Assembly: GCA_030390025.1 (NCBI GenBank)
Contig: CM059447.1
Location: 19,468,001-19,532,000, forward strand
Reading direction: 5' to 3'
Length of the DNA stretch: 64,000 nucleotides
Source of the DNA: Squalus acanthias
Taxonomy: Eukaryota
Position 1 is the stretch's first letter, and each line of letters opens with the position of its first letter. The notes under the pieces were generated by a model. The model saw nothing but the letters and a program-made list of their open reading frames with translations. It did not search any database and was not told where the DNA came from. A program made the translations under genes and the position numbers. Below are positions 23,601-38,600 of this stretch, in pieces.

Positions 23601-26600
23601 ATTGTACTGACTACCTCATCACTCGTAACCTAATCATCAGTCTGTACTCGTGTTCTGCATTACTCAATGTACTTTCTACATCACCTAATTTGGGTAAACT
23701 TGTAATTCAATCTGCACTGGCAACATCAATAAGGCTGAAATTATATTAGCTTTATGCCTAATAAATTATGCAATTAGCCCTCTCCCCAAGTGAGTCTGCC
23801 CCATCTCAGTGAGCCCAGTAAGCAGATCAAGATCACATCTCACATCATATCTAGTTTCACAGTCCAAGGCGTAAAGCCTTTGCTGAAGAGCTAGCCACTT
23901 TATTGCTCAACTTTTTAAAACTGGTGTCTCTTTCACCACTCCTCTGACAAACTACAAGTCTGTAACTATTATTTCAGGTATTTTAATGTAGCTGGTAACT
24001 TCGTTTTTACAGCACAGAAACAGGCCATTTGGCCCAACAGGTTTATACCGGTGTTTATGCTCCACACGAGCCTCCTCCCACCTTACATCATCCTACTTTA
24101 TCAATATATCCTTCTATTCCCTTCTCCCTCATGTACTTATCTAGCCTCCCCTTAAATGTTCCTCTGCTATTCGCCTCAACCACTCCATGTGGTAGTTTAC
24201 CTTCACTGTGGTAAGCAGTGCTTTAAACTGTAAATTCCACAAAACTTTCTTCAAAGTCTCAGTAACGCATAAAGAACGGTCTTGAAGAGCATCACAATCA
24301 AGGAATCCAGATTCCATCGTATCCTTAGGATTGAAGGGCCATGAAGAAGCAGAAATGCATACCTGAAGTCCTCTGTCTCAGCTAGCACTCCAAGATGGCT
24401 CTTCACTTGCAGGAAGACATCTTAAAATGCTTATTAGGATGACAGAACAGTGGACAGTGATTATGAAAAGAAGAATAGTGTGTGTTAACCAGGAGGGCGA
24501 GGGAACAAAAGATGCAGGGTTTTAAAAGCAGGGAGGGATATGGCAAGGTGGAAGGAACTGGCTCGGAGGAAAAGCCATTGGAGGCAATGTAGTATGTATT
24601 GTGACAGATACGAACGGAACCAGGCAAGAGCATCGTCATGAACGTGGATTTCAAAGGAGATGTGAACAGCATGGATTGGTCAATGCTGTCGAAAGCTCCA
24701 ATGACATTTGAGAGGACGAGGATAAAGTTACGGTTGCAAGGCGCACATGATTCATCGGTGACCTTTGCCAATGGGATTTCAGGACTGTGAGCGAGGTAGA
24801 AGCTAAATCTATAAGAGTAGTGGGAGAGGTGAGACGGTAGCAAGGCAATGCGTCCCACTTCAAAAAGTATGACTTTGATTTTGGACAGGAGCTCCTCACA
24901 TTAAGAGTCTGAGGTGAGAATGAGGGGTATGAAAGGAAAAGATCTAATGACCTCTGCAGAAGAGGAGTTTGGAGTTGTTTTTGCTCTCAATGATGATCTT
25001 GGAGTAGTAAACAGTTTTGTCCAAGAAAAGGAAGCAATGGTACTGGTTTGAGAGAGAGTCAGATCTGGTTGAGGACAGCTAGGCCAGTATTTGAGCCATG
25101 GCTAAAATCTAGGAGTAAGTTTAATGTGTATTAAAAAATTTGTATCTGCACACATGCTCAACTTTTTCCATTAGAAATTCCTATACCCATTGATGACAAC
25201 ATTTCCTACGTAAACTTGTAATTACAGTTTCCTGCCAGTGGTGGCACATAATGGTAGGCAAGATGCACCAATTGGAGGTAAATATCTGGCATTTACCAGT
25301 ACTGGGGAGGAGGAATTGGGTTTAGCGGCTCTTGGGTGCAGTCCTGTGCTTTGGTAGCACTGGGGGATGGTCCTGGGGTTTGACAACTGGAATGGGGCTC
25401 CTGGAGGTTGACAGCATAAACGTTCTTTCATCTGGCATTACTGTGAAGAGGAAACCTAGGGTTTGGTGGGACTGTGGAAGGCAAAGCTGAGGTTTGCCTC
25501 AACTGGGGGGGGGGGGGGGGGGGGGGGGGGTGGGTGATTCAATCGGAGGTGTAGTTCACTTGTGGACTCCAGGCATCAGCAATGAAGGGAGAGACAGGGC
25601 AGGACTAGTTGAGGAGGGAGGATTCCCACATGTGGCAGCACTGTTTTGCGACTTTCTAAGGGATCTCTGTTAGCACATAAATTTTGCTTTTTTGCGATTG
25701 ATTCCTGGATATGTATCTCTATCTTTCTCACACTTAAGAAAATGTCACCATTCTGATTATGATCAACAAAACACAGGAGGTTATCAGAGCTTTCAAAATA
25801 GAAGCTGTGCATCTGTTAACAATTAGAATATTTATATATTTTAACTAAGCATAAACGGTGATAATCAGACTGTTCTAACTATTAAAAGACAGGAGATAAT
25901 TAGGGGAGATAATTAAAGGTTGCTTGAAAAGAAAGCTTACATTTATGTAGCACCCATCACAACCTCAGGATGTCCCAAAGTGCTTTACAGCGAATGGAAG
26001 TACTTTTGTTTCTGCTACATGCTTCCCTGATCTCCATATTTACATATCCCCTCACTATGAGGAGGTCTCTAAACAACTCTTGCCACAGTCTTGCATCCTT
26101 TGCTGTTCCTTAGTACCCTGTATGCTGAATACGTGCTTCAGATACAAGATCAGATCAGCCATGATCTCATTAAATGGCAGAGCAGGCTCGAGGGGCCAAA
26201 TGGCCTACTCCTGCTCCTGTTTCTTATGTTCTAACTCATTTGTTTTATTTATGATGGAAACTCAAGTAGGAATGATATGAACTGAAAGCACTGCTACCAC
26301 AAACTTTAGTTTATTTTCTTAAAAAAATAGTAAAATTGAACTGGACAAAAACAAACTCAAGCTCATGTCCTGCCATATCATACAGATCAGAACAGAACAG
26401 ACATTCTGAGAATACCTGTTCTGTTAAGTAACTTCAGTTAAGAGCTATATTTTACCAGTGTGGGACGTGGGTGTGAGAGGTGTCTGTGGCGCCACTTCTT
26501 GATTTCCTCTCAGCCTTCCAGAAGCAGTTGAGGGTAATCCACGTGCTGCTGGATTTCGACCGTGCCTCATTCTTTCCTCCCGTTCTCTCCGCTCGCGATC

Positions 26601-29600
26601 ATCATCTGCTGCTCTGCTGGCCCCCTGAAATGATCAGAGGGGAAAAACCTTCATTGAGGCACATTTCTTCAAAAACGGTCAATCATTTTCTTTAACTGAA
26701 ATCAACTGTAAACCACTAAATATTCTGAGGGACGACTTGTTCGGCATTATCCCGATGTTACTGGTCAAGATACTGAAGATATTTAACGGAGAACATACAA
26801 AGATATGATGGGGATGATTTTTCAGTCTCCCTTATAAACAAACAGTTCAGGGGATGTTCTGTGATGCCATTCATAGGTATGTCAGGCTTAAATCAAAGAG
26901 AGTCAGGGTTGAGACACTAATTCAGCAATGACAAACCAATGCAAAACACAAGGCATGCCACAACTGACAGTCAAACTGTTCATCTTAAGATAAGATAACA
27001 AATGCCTTCCATTCTGCATATACCCTCATCATGGCTGGGTCTAAATAACATTGGAAAAGGGCATCCCATCAGGTGGGAGAAGCACGTGTTACCAGTCATC
27101 TACAAACTAAATAGGGATAAAATGTGCCTTCTGGAACCACCAGGTCAAGGAAGTTGCCAAAACTATCTGGGAAACAGTTTGATTTTGGAAGGCTAATGAT
27201 TGATAAGTTCAACTGTAATGTGAAGGGCCTCATGAAAATCTAGTTCCTCGAACCACTGGCTAGTGCCAACAGTTCCATGATCTGTAAGCATTGTTCTGCT
27301 GAAATCCTGTGCCCTCTGTTACAGTGAAGAGATTTTTCTGAATGTTCCTAGATGAGCTGCTGGTAGTACAAACTGCACTCGGGACATGTGAAATTGAACA
27401 CCTTTGAATCACAAATTTTGCAAAAGCTGCAGATGAGATTTCTCAAATTGAAAAATTGGTGCTTTTTCACTGGAACAGAAAAGGTTGAGAGATTCAGTAA
27501 AGATCTTCATAATAAAAGATTTTGAGAGGGTAAATAATGAAATATGGTTTCTACTGGTTGTTGAATATGTAACGGGGACATAAACTCAGGATTATCAAAA
27601 AGAGAATGAAAGGGGGATGTTTAAAACTGTTTCCCCACAGAGGGTTATTAGAGCATGGAATTCTTATTGCCAACACAGACTAAGATAATTTAAGAGAATT
27701 AGATAATTGAAGAGGAATATAAAAGGATGAGGAAAGGGGATTAAGAGTAGGTAGCTCAGTTAAAGAGGTACCACTAGCACAAGTGGCTGAATGGCCTTCT
27801 TCTGTGCTGTAATGTCTACAATTCTATGACTTACGCAGGCAAAAATGGCATTTATTCGCTGCCGAGCAAGCACCCACAAACAATGACGACCAGGATACCA
27901 GAACACACTGCTCTTCTTTCAGTAGTGCCAAGGGATCTTTAAAATTCATCTGAACCACAAGAGGGCAAGGCTCTCTGTTCTGGTGGTTCAGGTGAACATT
28001 ACTTCTGATAAGGTAGCACTCCCTCAGCATTTCACTGGAGATTGTACGTTGAAATTCTGGGGTGGGGCTCAACCCACAACTTTTGACCCAGAGATCAGAG
28101 TGCTACTAATGAGCCAGGCCTGACATGAATAATCTTGAACAATTTTAAGTTATTTGAAGAATCAACCCCGATAGGGATTACAATATTTGGCAAACAGGTT
28201 ATTAACAAGCACTGAAGTACATTTCAGTTTTATTTTGCCATTAGAACTTTAAATTTATACGATATATACAGAACACTCTTCTGTCACATCAGCATTGAAC
28301 ACAAAATAAACGTACAAATTTGAGCATGTTCCAGTCAAAGACATAGTCATAAGAGAAGCCTTGTCGGTGGAAGAGGTTACGAAACAATTGCCTCAAGTAG
28401 GAGTAGTCTGGTTTGTCATCAAAACGCAGAGAGCGGCAGAAGTTCAAGTATGTGGCAAACTCAGCTGTGGGGAACGAGGAAAAAAAGGACAGTAAATTAC
28501 TTGTATGTTCAAACTCGGTTGTGCTACATGCTACCCCCTCATCCACAGAAGGATTCGAGAATTAACTTCCATAGTAAATGTGGTCTGAAAAGCTCAAGAT
28601 AACCAAACGGAGTGAAATCTGTATTACCTGTAAGTGGTTACTTTCAAATCTAGACAAAGCAGGCCAAATCTAGTTGAAACATGTAGTGCTTTAGCACCTG
28701 TAAACACTTCATGCCTAATTAATCTTGCGCAAGGATTTTTCACAAATTCTGTTTAATTTTGCCCATTTATACAACCTCCAGAGTTCATGAAACTAACCCA
28801 CCCCCCCAAAGAAAACGTGGGATGTACCATAATGTGGTGGGGCACTAAAGGGAAGGTGTTTAAAGAAAGCCAAACATTTTAGTATGAGGATTACAAATTG
28901 CTGCACTATTTTTCTTTGAAACAGGAATTCAAAATTTGAATGACCTCTCTCCTTTCCCCCCCACCCCACCCTACCCCCATATGACAATGGGGGTCAGGAT
29001 CACAAATCTGTAAACTTCAGCTCTAAATAATTTTGCTCTGTTACAGTCCTGCAAATTGAATCAGTAAGCTTTGAGCTAGGTCAGTTTTCGAATGTAATAC
29101 CTTGCAGGACACTACGCAGGAGCCTGGCTGAGTACTAATAGAAATTCACCTCACCAAGGAAAATGAGTTTCATGTGATAAACAGCCCTCGGGCATCTTTC
29201 ACAACCGTCAAATTTTGGGAACCAACTCTACCAGTTAGTATGTTGTAATTCTGAAGTCACTTAGGCTCATTTCCCACAATTTAATACCACAAATTTGGAA
29301 CAGATTGCTACAAGACAAAACATCACGACAGATGGCCACATGACCCTGGATCAAGAGCATAGCTCTCCATATCGTTGTCAGGAAGACAATACATTAACAC
29401 TTTGGGTTTTACATAATCTTTATACGTACACGAGTAACCTTTGCAGAGCACTTCAATGGGCGTCGACATTTTCTTTTCACTAATGCGCTCGTACTTCTGC
29501 CTCTTTGTTGCTGCCTTCAGACCTTGCCAAGGCAATGATCCCAAGTTGAAGTACATCAGAACATAGCCCAAGGACTCCAGATCATCACGGCGGCTTTGTT

Positions 29601-32600
29601 CTGGAAGAGAGATGAGCACACTAGTTTGGGACACCATTACACAACAATCCAAGTTGAAACCAATTCTTAATTCAGCACTGGAAATTTACAGTAAAATCCG
29701 GTTTTCAAATGTGTATAAAGTTGTAAAAGATTAGTGTAGAAACTTCATAGTTACCAAACTATTAAATGTGAATTAGCCACACCGCTTTACTACAGTACAC
29801 ACACTTTAGAATAATTGCAGATTTTACTTGCCAAAGCCCAGTTAATCCTAAAATTGAATGAATATATAATTTTTCAGAAACAAGAACAGACAGACACGTA
29901 TTTATATACAGTGCCTTATCATGTCTCTTGGACATCTCAAAATACTTCATATAATGAATTGCTTTGAAATGTAGTGACAGTGTTGTAGACAAACAAAGCC
30001 ACTCTGCAAAATCCCACAAACAGCAGTGAGATGAATTACCATTCAATCTGGCACTGGTTGTGTTGGCTGAAGAAAAATAACATGCTTGTGGATTTGAGGT
30101 TTTTTTTTTAACCAATCTAACATGATGTGCGTGATGTAAAGAATAATAATTACCATAAACCCAAGTGTTTCTAACACACAAGGTAATTCAGGAGAGCTCC
30201 TCTGCCTACCTATTCCCAAATGTGTATTGATCGAGGCATATCGAGCTGTTCCCGTGAGGTTCTTATTTTCACGGTACGGTATATGCTGGTGTGTTCGTGC
30301 ATCTCGGTACTTTTTTGCTAGCCCGAAGTCAATAATGTAGACCAGGTTGCCTTTCTTTCCCAACCCCATTAGGAAGTTGTCAGGTTTCACATCACGATGG
30401 ATGAAATTCTTCGAATGAATGTACTCAATTCTGCTGATCTAAATGCAAAAAGGAAAAACAGCTTTTGTTTGTGTGAAAAGTCAGAGCCCATCTGGATTAC
30501 TTTTTTTTTAATATAAAGTTGAATCATCAACCCTTGCATCCAACCTGCCCATAGCTGGGAGAATGGGGCAGCCCACCTTTCAAGCTCCAGGAATCCTGCT
30601 TTGACTATCCAGGGTGAATTCTTGAATGATACAGGATTAGTAATCTCTTCCCCGCTAATCATGTAAAAGGTAACTTGGGGACAAAACAAGATTTAACTCT
30701 GGATTCTAGTTGGGAGTCAAAGCTCCAGTCATGAACCTACTGAAATGAGCTATTTACATATTACAAAATAGGTTAAAATTCACAATCCAACATGCAATTA
30801 TTTATATTGGAATTGTTTTAAACCAAAACTACTGGATGAAACAATAGCTATTCATTTATAATGTTATACTTATCAACCCTTACCACTCTTCCCCCTCCCC
30901 ATCTCATCCAAGTCTCTTTCTAGAAGGGTAATTTCCCCCCCTTTACCGCTTTAGTCGCCTTGCACCATATCTAGCTATACTTTCCTGGTCTCCATCACGC
31001 TAACTTGACAATAATGCTGCAATTATACTGTATCTACCAGTATCAGACTGTATCTGTGGAGTGAAATGTAAAAGGGCAGAACACAATCATCGTGCTGACA
31101 GCATGGCCCTTCAAGTCACATTGAAGCCAGCTACAAAAGTCCTGAATTGTTCATTTTTGATGTTAGGGGAGCGCAACTGGAGTGTCTGCTTTCGCATCAC
31201 AATGGGCCCCACGCTGCATGTCCTTAGTGTACATGGGAACCAGACTGGGATTAGGCTCCCCAGATATACTGGCACTTTTGCATCAATGTGTGCCCGAAAC
31301 TTTTTGCATTGATGCAAAAAGTGGTAGTATAACTACACCTGTGTGGTCAATCGAGAGCCAGATGGGGTTCGTGGAGAGGGGTCCTGCCATCCTCGCTCCT
31401 TCTCTCGTGGTCGAGAAGCACCTAGTTTCCAATTAGTACCTTGCCACAACTGGAACCAGGAACACAGATGGGAAACAGTGATCACAAACCCATCTTTTAC
31501 ACTTGAAGCCCGAAAGCACTACATCGCTCCACTCCCTTTTTCACAAATCTCTTCAATTCGTGATATATTGACATTTGCTGGAAAGAAAGGCACACATTAG
31601 ATCAGGATACTGTTAGTGGGTGCAAACCGGGAAGGAGAAAAGAATATATAGGGTTTATCCTTTAGCTGGTCATTTCACAAACAACACACACAAAAATAGT
31701 GATGCAAAAGAATATTTCCTACCATCTGATCAGCGAGGAGGAGGACGGTCTTAAGGCTGAATTTACGAGAACAGAAGTTAAAGAGATCCTCGAGACTTGG
31801 TCCAAGCAGCTCCATTACCATCACGTTGTAATCTCCCTCTGCACCACACCACTTGATAGTGGGGATGCCAACTACACAAGAAACAGACTTAAGATAGGTG
31901 GATACAAAGAAAGCATAACACAGTTGTGAACTTGCATTTCTGCTAACTTCGAGGTTTAGGATCAGAGGTCTTACTTAAAGCTGGGTTCCAAGGTTACATT
32001 TTATCTGTTGCGTGTGTTTGTGAACATATAAATCTGGTCTTCAAAGAAGAGACCATTTCAAACTACAGACCACAACTCTGATTGATGGCCATTGGAGATG
32101 TCAAAGTGCAGACAAATATCTTCCACCGATGCTAAATATTGGAAATATTTCAAAGCTGATTTTCAGCTGGTTATACATAGCAACATCCAAAATGGTACAA
32201 AAGTATATTCTCTCATGGTTATTCCACGCTAGGTCACTTGATCTCTGATAACAAATTATCCAAGTTTGGTTGGAATAAACCAGCTTAAACATAGAAACAT
32301 AGAAACTAGGAGCAGGAGTAGGCCATTCGGCCCATCGAGCCTGCTCCACCATTCAATACGATCATGGCTGATCATCCAAATCCAGTACCCTGTCCCTGCT
32401 TTCTCACACAGAATCCCCATCGAGCCTGCACCGACACATATCCCACCCTATCCCTGTAACCCCACGTATTTAATTCCCCCTAACATATCCCATCCTATCC
32501 CTGTAACCCCACATATTTAATCCCCCCTAACACTAAGGGTCAATTTATCATAGCCAAAGGTCCAAAACAGCCCTTTCTCACTTTATGTGACAACTTAGTG

Positions 32601-35600
32601 ATCATGATGAGAAAGCTTAGCGGCTGAATACCAAGCAGAACCAGTGGCACTTTGCAGCAATTAAATAATTTTATTAATTCATTACCACAATCTGTGATGC
32701 AAGCCAACAGTCCACACCCATCAACTTCTCTTTGAAGATGATGTGATGTAAACCAATGGCCTTAGAAGTTCTGTAGAATAAAATGGACTGGGTCTGGTGT
32801 TGGCTTACAGTGCCACCTTCTGTCCAACAAAACACTGCAACAGCAAAGGAAATGGTGGCCACATTTTCTGCAGGAAATACAGTAGCTAGAAAGAAAATTT
32901 GCATAATGTTGCAACACTCTTTCCACAAAACCATAAACAAGTTAACAATGCCCAGGGAAGCAGATAATTACACTAAATGTTTTGAAAACTCCAGCTAGTT
33001 TAATTTTGGACCACAGCTGGATGACGACAAAAAATTCTTAAAATGGTGAATCTGCCTGGCCTTTTGCTCACCACATGGTAAATTTACAGGGTTCAACCTA
33101 CAAATTTAGGAGCAAGATCAAATAGCTTGTTTAATAGAGAATCAGAACATCTAAACTCCCACTGGATAAAATAATAAAATTAAAAACCTTTTGTGCAGAG
33201 AAGCAAGTGATCAGGGTACCATGGAATTAAAATAAAATAAGTACCTCCCTAGTTTGCGATCCTGCCAATTGTATACAAGGGCAATTTCAACAACTAGCAG
33301 GAAAACAGGCGAGACTTGTATTGTAAATTTGACATTGCGTATATGGACCCAGTAGAAATTGAGCAAATCTGGTTTTTGAAAGCGGATATGAAAAACTTAA
33401 ATTTTAATCAGAAGGCAAATGCAACTTTTATTGAAACCTTCCGTAGAAAAAGCCATCACCATTCTTTAAGAAATTAAAATGAAAAAGCCTCAATTGTCAT
33501 TTTTTAAACACGACCATGAACACTCCTCACATTTTCCAGAGACACTTTTTTAAAGCTGCTTTTATACTGCACTAAGACCTGTGCTGGTGGTGTCAACTTC
33601 TGACATCCAGGTCTCGTACACTTGGCTGCAACCAGAAAGTGAACTTGAAGAAAGAGTTGAAACGATCCGGTAAATGGTCTTACACAGTATAAAAGCAGTT
33701 TAAGATACTGAAATAATGAGTGGGAGCTGGATCATTGAAGTTAAAAATCAATACCCGGTTGGCTCAACTTCTTCAGAGGGAACCACTCCCCATGAAAAGG
33801 AAAATACAGTCATACCCATTTATCTGCAACTTGCTTAATTGCAATTTCCATTTTAAAACAACCATTTCTAATGCCTAGTTTTGTTATTTTAAACCTATAC
33901 TTCCAATTGTGAAAAGTTTATTTTATTAAACTTGAATTTATTACAATACCCACAATGTGTGTATGTGCAACATTTTATAAATTATATTTATATTATCCAA
34001 GAATAACTGGCAGCTACAACAAATCTGCCACTTTTCCCAAGTCACACCTCAGAACTCATTCGATTCTCACCCAAATGGACACTTCATTTCGATTTTTTTT
34101 TAATGGATTTCTTGCATGTTTGTTATTTGAAGAGCCATGCCCAACAATAGCAGATGGAGCTGACAATATAAGGTTCCCAAGGTTTGTGGCTACAGATATT
34201 GTTTTTCATTATATTTGGCCAGTCCATGACCTAAAAGGATAGTAATTCAAATCAATCCCATACTGTACCAAAGAATGAACATTCACAACCTGTTCAAACA
34301 CAGCAGAGGATGAAACCATTTACTGATCTGGGGTTGGGCCCTACAGCAAGGACCCAATGAGGGAAAAACAGCCTAAATTCTGACAGTGGAAACATAAAAC
34401 CTCCACTGTCAGTGGAAGTGTTGCACTGCTTCTTTACCATTGTAGGCTATTAGGCCATTATATTAAATTAGAAAAAAGGAAGGGGAAGAAAAAAAAACCC
34501 ATTAATCAGGGTTTCCTTCCTAATCCTGACCATTACATTCTGCCGAAAGCACACGGGTGGCTATTGGGTGAGAATCAGGTTCAGCATGACTGCCCCACTC
34601 GAATGGCCTGATGACATTCACTTAAATAATGGCCATTGAAAAAAGTACGAGAGAGAATCTGGCTTCCAATGAATCATACCCTATCAAGAAGTCATGTCTA
34701 GGAGAGGAGTGGAAGAGAGAAATTGGTGATAAATACTTGAAAGAAAGACTTACATTTATATAGCGCCTTTCACGACCACCGGACGTCTCAAAACTCTTTA
34801 CAGCCAATGAAGTACTTTTGAAGTGTAATCACTGTTGTAATGTGGGAAACGCAGCAGCCAATTTACGCACAGCAAGCTCCCACAGACAGCAATGTGATAA
34901 TGACCAGATAATCTGTTTTGTTATGTTGATTGACGGATAACTATTGGCCAGGACACAGGGATAACTCCCCAGCTCTTCTTTGAAACAGAAATACTGATGG
35001 AAGCAGTGGAGAGACAAGTATTGAATGAGGAAACACATACTTGGTATGAAATCCATCTTCAAAAATAGCCACTATACAAAGCCAGATTAGCTACCATAGG
35101 TATGCACTTCCTCCTATATGAAAGCAGTTAGATTCCATATGGAAATAGGGAGATTAATGTCAAGGAGAAAACAAATGTCACTAACTCTTCCACTCCCAAA
35201 AACAGAAAGAACGATCACAAACTGCCTCGAGGGAGTGCTGCACTGTCGGAGGTGCCACCTTGTGGATGAGTTGTTAAAGAGTCTGCTCTCTCAGGGGAAC
35301 ATAAAAGATCTCATGGCACTATTTCACAGAAGAGTAGGGGAGTTATCCCCAGTGTCCTGACCAATATTTATCCCTCAAACAACATAAAAACAGATTATCT
35401 GATCATTATCACATTGCTGTTTGTGGGAGCTTGCTGTGCGTAAATTGGCTGCTGCGTTTCCCACATTACAACAGTGATTACACTTCAAAAGTACTTCATT
35501 GGCTGTAAAGCGCATCGAGACGCCCGGTGGTCATGAAAGGCGCTATATAAATGCAAGTTTTTCTTTTTAATGAGTATTGTGAGCGTGACAAAAGGTAAGG

Positions 35601-38600
35601 AAAATGCAACCAAACAATTTCACCATGAACTTGTTTCCCCATCAAGCATTTGGTACTGTAACTATCTAGCAGTAACTTCAAATCCAACCACAAGACACTG
35701 AATATAGAACGCTGAATGAAGTGGGTCGGACAAATGAGGTGAAGGAAAACCTTACCTCCTCCTTGCATCATCTTGTAGATCTTGCTCTCAATGTGTAGCT
35801 GTGGGTGTTTGGTTTTCACACATTCCAGCTTGATGGCCACCTCCTCTCCTGCAGCAATGTCAGTTCCTGTGAGAAAACAAGTGAATGCTTATTTCTGTCA
35901 ATGAAAGAACTGTACAGATCTGAACAAGGTACTGCGTCACCTATTAAGTCAAGGTTGCCATTTTTCCCCCCCCCACAAAATTGAAAAAAAAGCACACTTC
36001 AGCATTCTACTACAAGGCAACTGACCAATGCAATACATCCCCCCTTGAAAGCCAAGAGTTAGCCAATTATACAGCAAATTTATCACTGAAGGAACTGTTG
36101 AAATCAGCAGCAAACTTGCAAAATGAAAGCTCCAGTGTACTAGGGATCAGAGGCAGCCGAGACTACCTCCAATGCCAGCTGGCCACAAAGATGAGATGAG
36201 ACTTCGGCAGCAAAGATGACAAACGTGACCAATTCCAGGCTGGGGTTCCAAATCCCCCGCTTCCCTCGACAAAAGCGAGGCACTTTAACTGCTCACTTGT
36301 ACAGAGCTTACCCAAGTCACATGGAAGTCACAGGAGCAAAGAAAACAGCTGTATACGTGTGTCTCTTTTTTTTTGAAAAGAAGAAATGCTATGTCAAAGC
36401 AGTTGTAAAAGAAATGAGCCAGTAACAGGAGGAATAGCAACCATTTCCCGCTCTGCCACTTTGCTTCCACTCTGTTGTAGCCAGCCTTGCAATCTGGTGC
36501 AGGAAACAGTGTTACATATAGAAATCACCATCCCTCTCACGAGGCAGCGCTTTCTACCTGCACGTCACATTCCAGTTGCTTAGGAGGCTGTTGAATAAAT
36601 TCAGACAAAATCATTTCTAGAAGTTCTGGTGACAAATCTGCTCTGCCAAATGGTCTGCACCCTGTGGGAAGGAAACTCTTATAACTGGAGAATGGGGCAC
36701 CAGTCAGATTCCACAGAACAAAATCAGTATCAAAGAGTTACTTTACCATGCTGATATTTTACTCCAAACCACTGTTATTCATTATAGAATGAGGCAAAAT
36801 GTACACTGGATATGATCTGTACAATTTTAAATGAATCCCCCCCCCCCCCAACAAGGCAAAGCCAGTCATTAACTTTCATGTCAAAATGCAACATACGCAT
36901 TTCAATTTGCAATTTAATGACTAGCAAAGCAGACCAGCAGATACAGTACTAGTCATTTATAAAACTTCCCATTTTCAAAATTCGAGCATGTCTATAGTTA
37001 CATATATTGCATGAACACCTGTTGATGCTGCTGTACTGTAATTTCTGTGATTGAGTACATGACACAATTAGAATCTAAAAGGCATTTTCTCAAATACTGA
37101 ATTTTCTCCAACAGGAGGGGCGAAAAAAAGTGATTGGAGCAAAAGGAGACGCGAGAGTAGCTGCCCTGAACATCAAGGCAGCATTCAACTAATGTTTGCT
37201 CCAAGTAAGTCCGAGTAAAACTGAGATCAATCGGGATCAAGAAGAAAACCCTCCAGTAGCTGGTGTCACACACAAAAAGATAGATGGTTATCGTTACCGA
37301 AGGCCAATCACCACAGCCCAGGATATTGCTGCAGGAGTTCCTCGGGGAAGTATTCTTGATGCAACCATCATTAATCATTTCTACTAGTCAACTGACCTGG
37401 GGCTGTTTTATTACAATTCTAGTGACAAGGTCCATTCACAACTCCTCCAATAATGCAGCAGCCCATTCCAGCCTACAGCAGCACCATGACAACATCCATA
37501 CTCGGGCTAAGCGACAGGTAAGCATTCACACTATACAAGTGCCAGGTAATGACCATTTCCAACACGGTCCAAGCACTTCCCCATGATCTTCAAAAACACC
37601 AGCATAAAGTCCCTCACCATCAAAATCCCAGGGGCCACCACTGACCAGAAGCTTAACTGGACTAGCCAGATCAACAATGTGAATACAAAAAGCAAGGCAG
37701 AGATTGGGTGCTCTGCGACAGATGGTTCACCTCCTGACCCCTCAAAGCTGCTCCACATCTACAAGGCTGAAGTCAGCAGCGTGAGGGAATACTCACCACT
37801 CGCCTGGATGGTGCAGCTGAAACACTCAGGAGGCTCAACACCATCCAGGAGAGAATAGTCTGCTTTATTGGTGCCCCTGCCAAAAACTCAATATCCTCCT
37901 CCACCACCAGATTGTGGCTGCAGTATGTACTATCTACAAGATGCAGTATGGCAACTCACCGAGCTTACTTTGACAAAACCTCCCAACCCTGTAACTTCTA
38001 CCACCAAGAAGATGGGAGCAGTATCACCTCCGCCAAGTCACACACACCATCCTGACTTGGGCATACTTTGCTGTTCCTCGGTCAAAATCCTAATGCAGCA
38101 CTAATTGGCAATTTTACTCCGAGGCCCTACACAATGGCTGATACAGAAAATCGACATGTTACATTGGTGCAATAAGGATGCTCTTGAGGTTGGAAGAGTA
38201 CAGAGAGCTTTGCTCTTCATTTAAAATCATACAGCACCTGCTCAGGAGTACCAAGGTACCTTAAATAGGAAATGTTGCTTCCCATCCATCACCTTGATGA
38301 GCATAAAAGCTCAATTAAGAAAATGACACACTCGACATTTTACAATATCTTCAACAGTATATATCCCTGTATCAAATGTTTTAAGGAAACACAGATCTAC
38401 AAACAGCATGAGTGGTGGAGGCTGCAAAGGAAATTGTGGGTTACATTACACTTAGAGCAGCTGTCATCAAAAATGATAAACAGTCATGGTAATGTGACCT
38501 TTAAAAAGAGAACACATTTAATGTTACAGGTTGAATCTTTTTATTCCAAAATATACATTCACATTGGAAAACAAGTAAACAAATGAATTTTAGATCAAGA

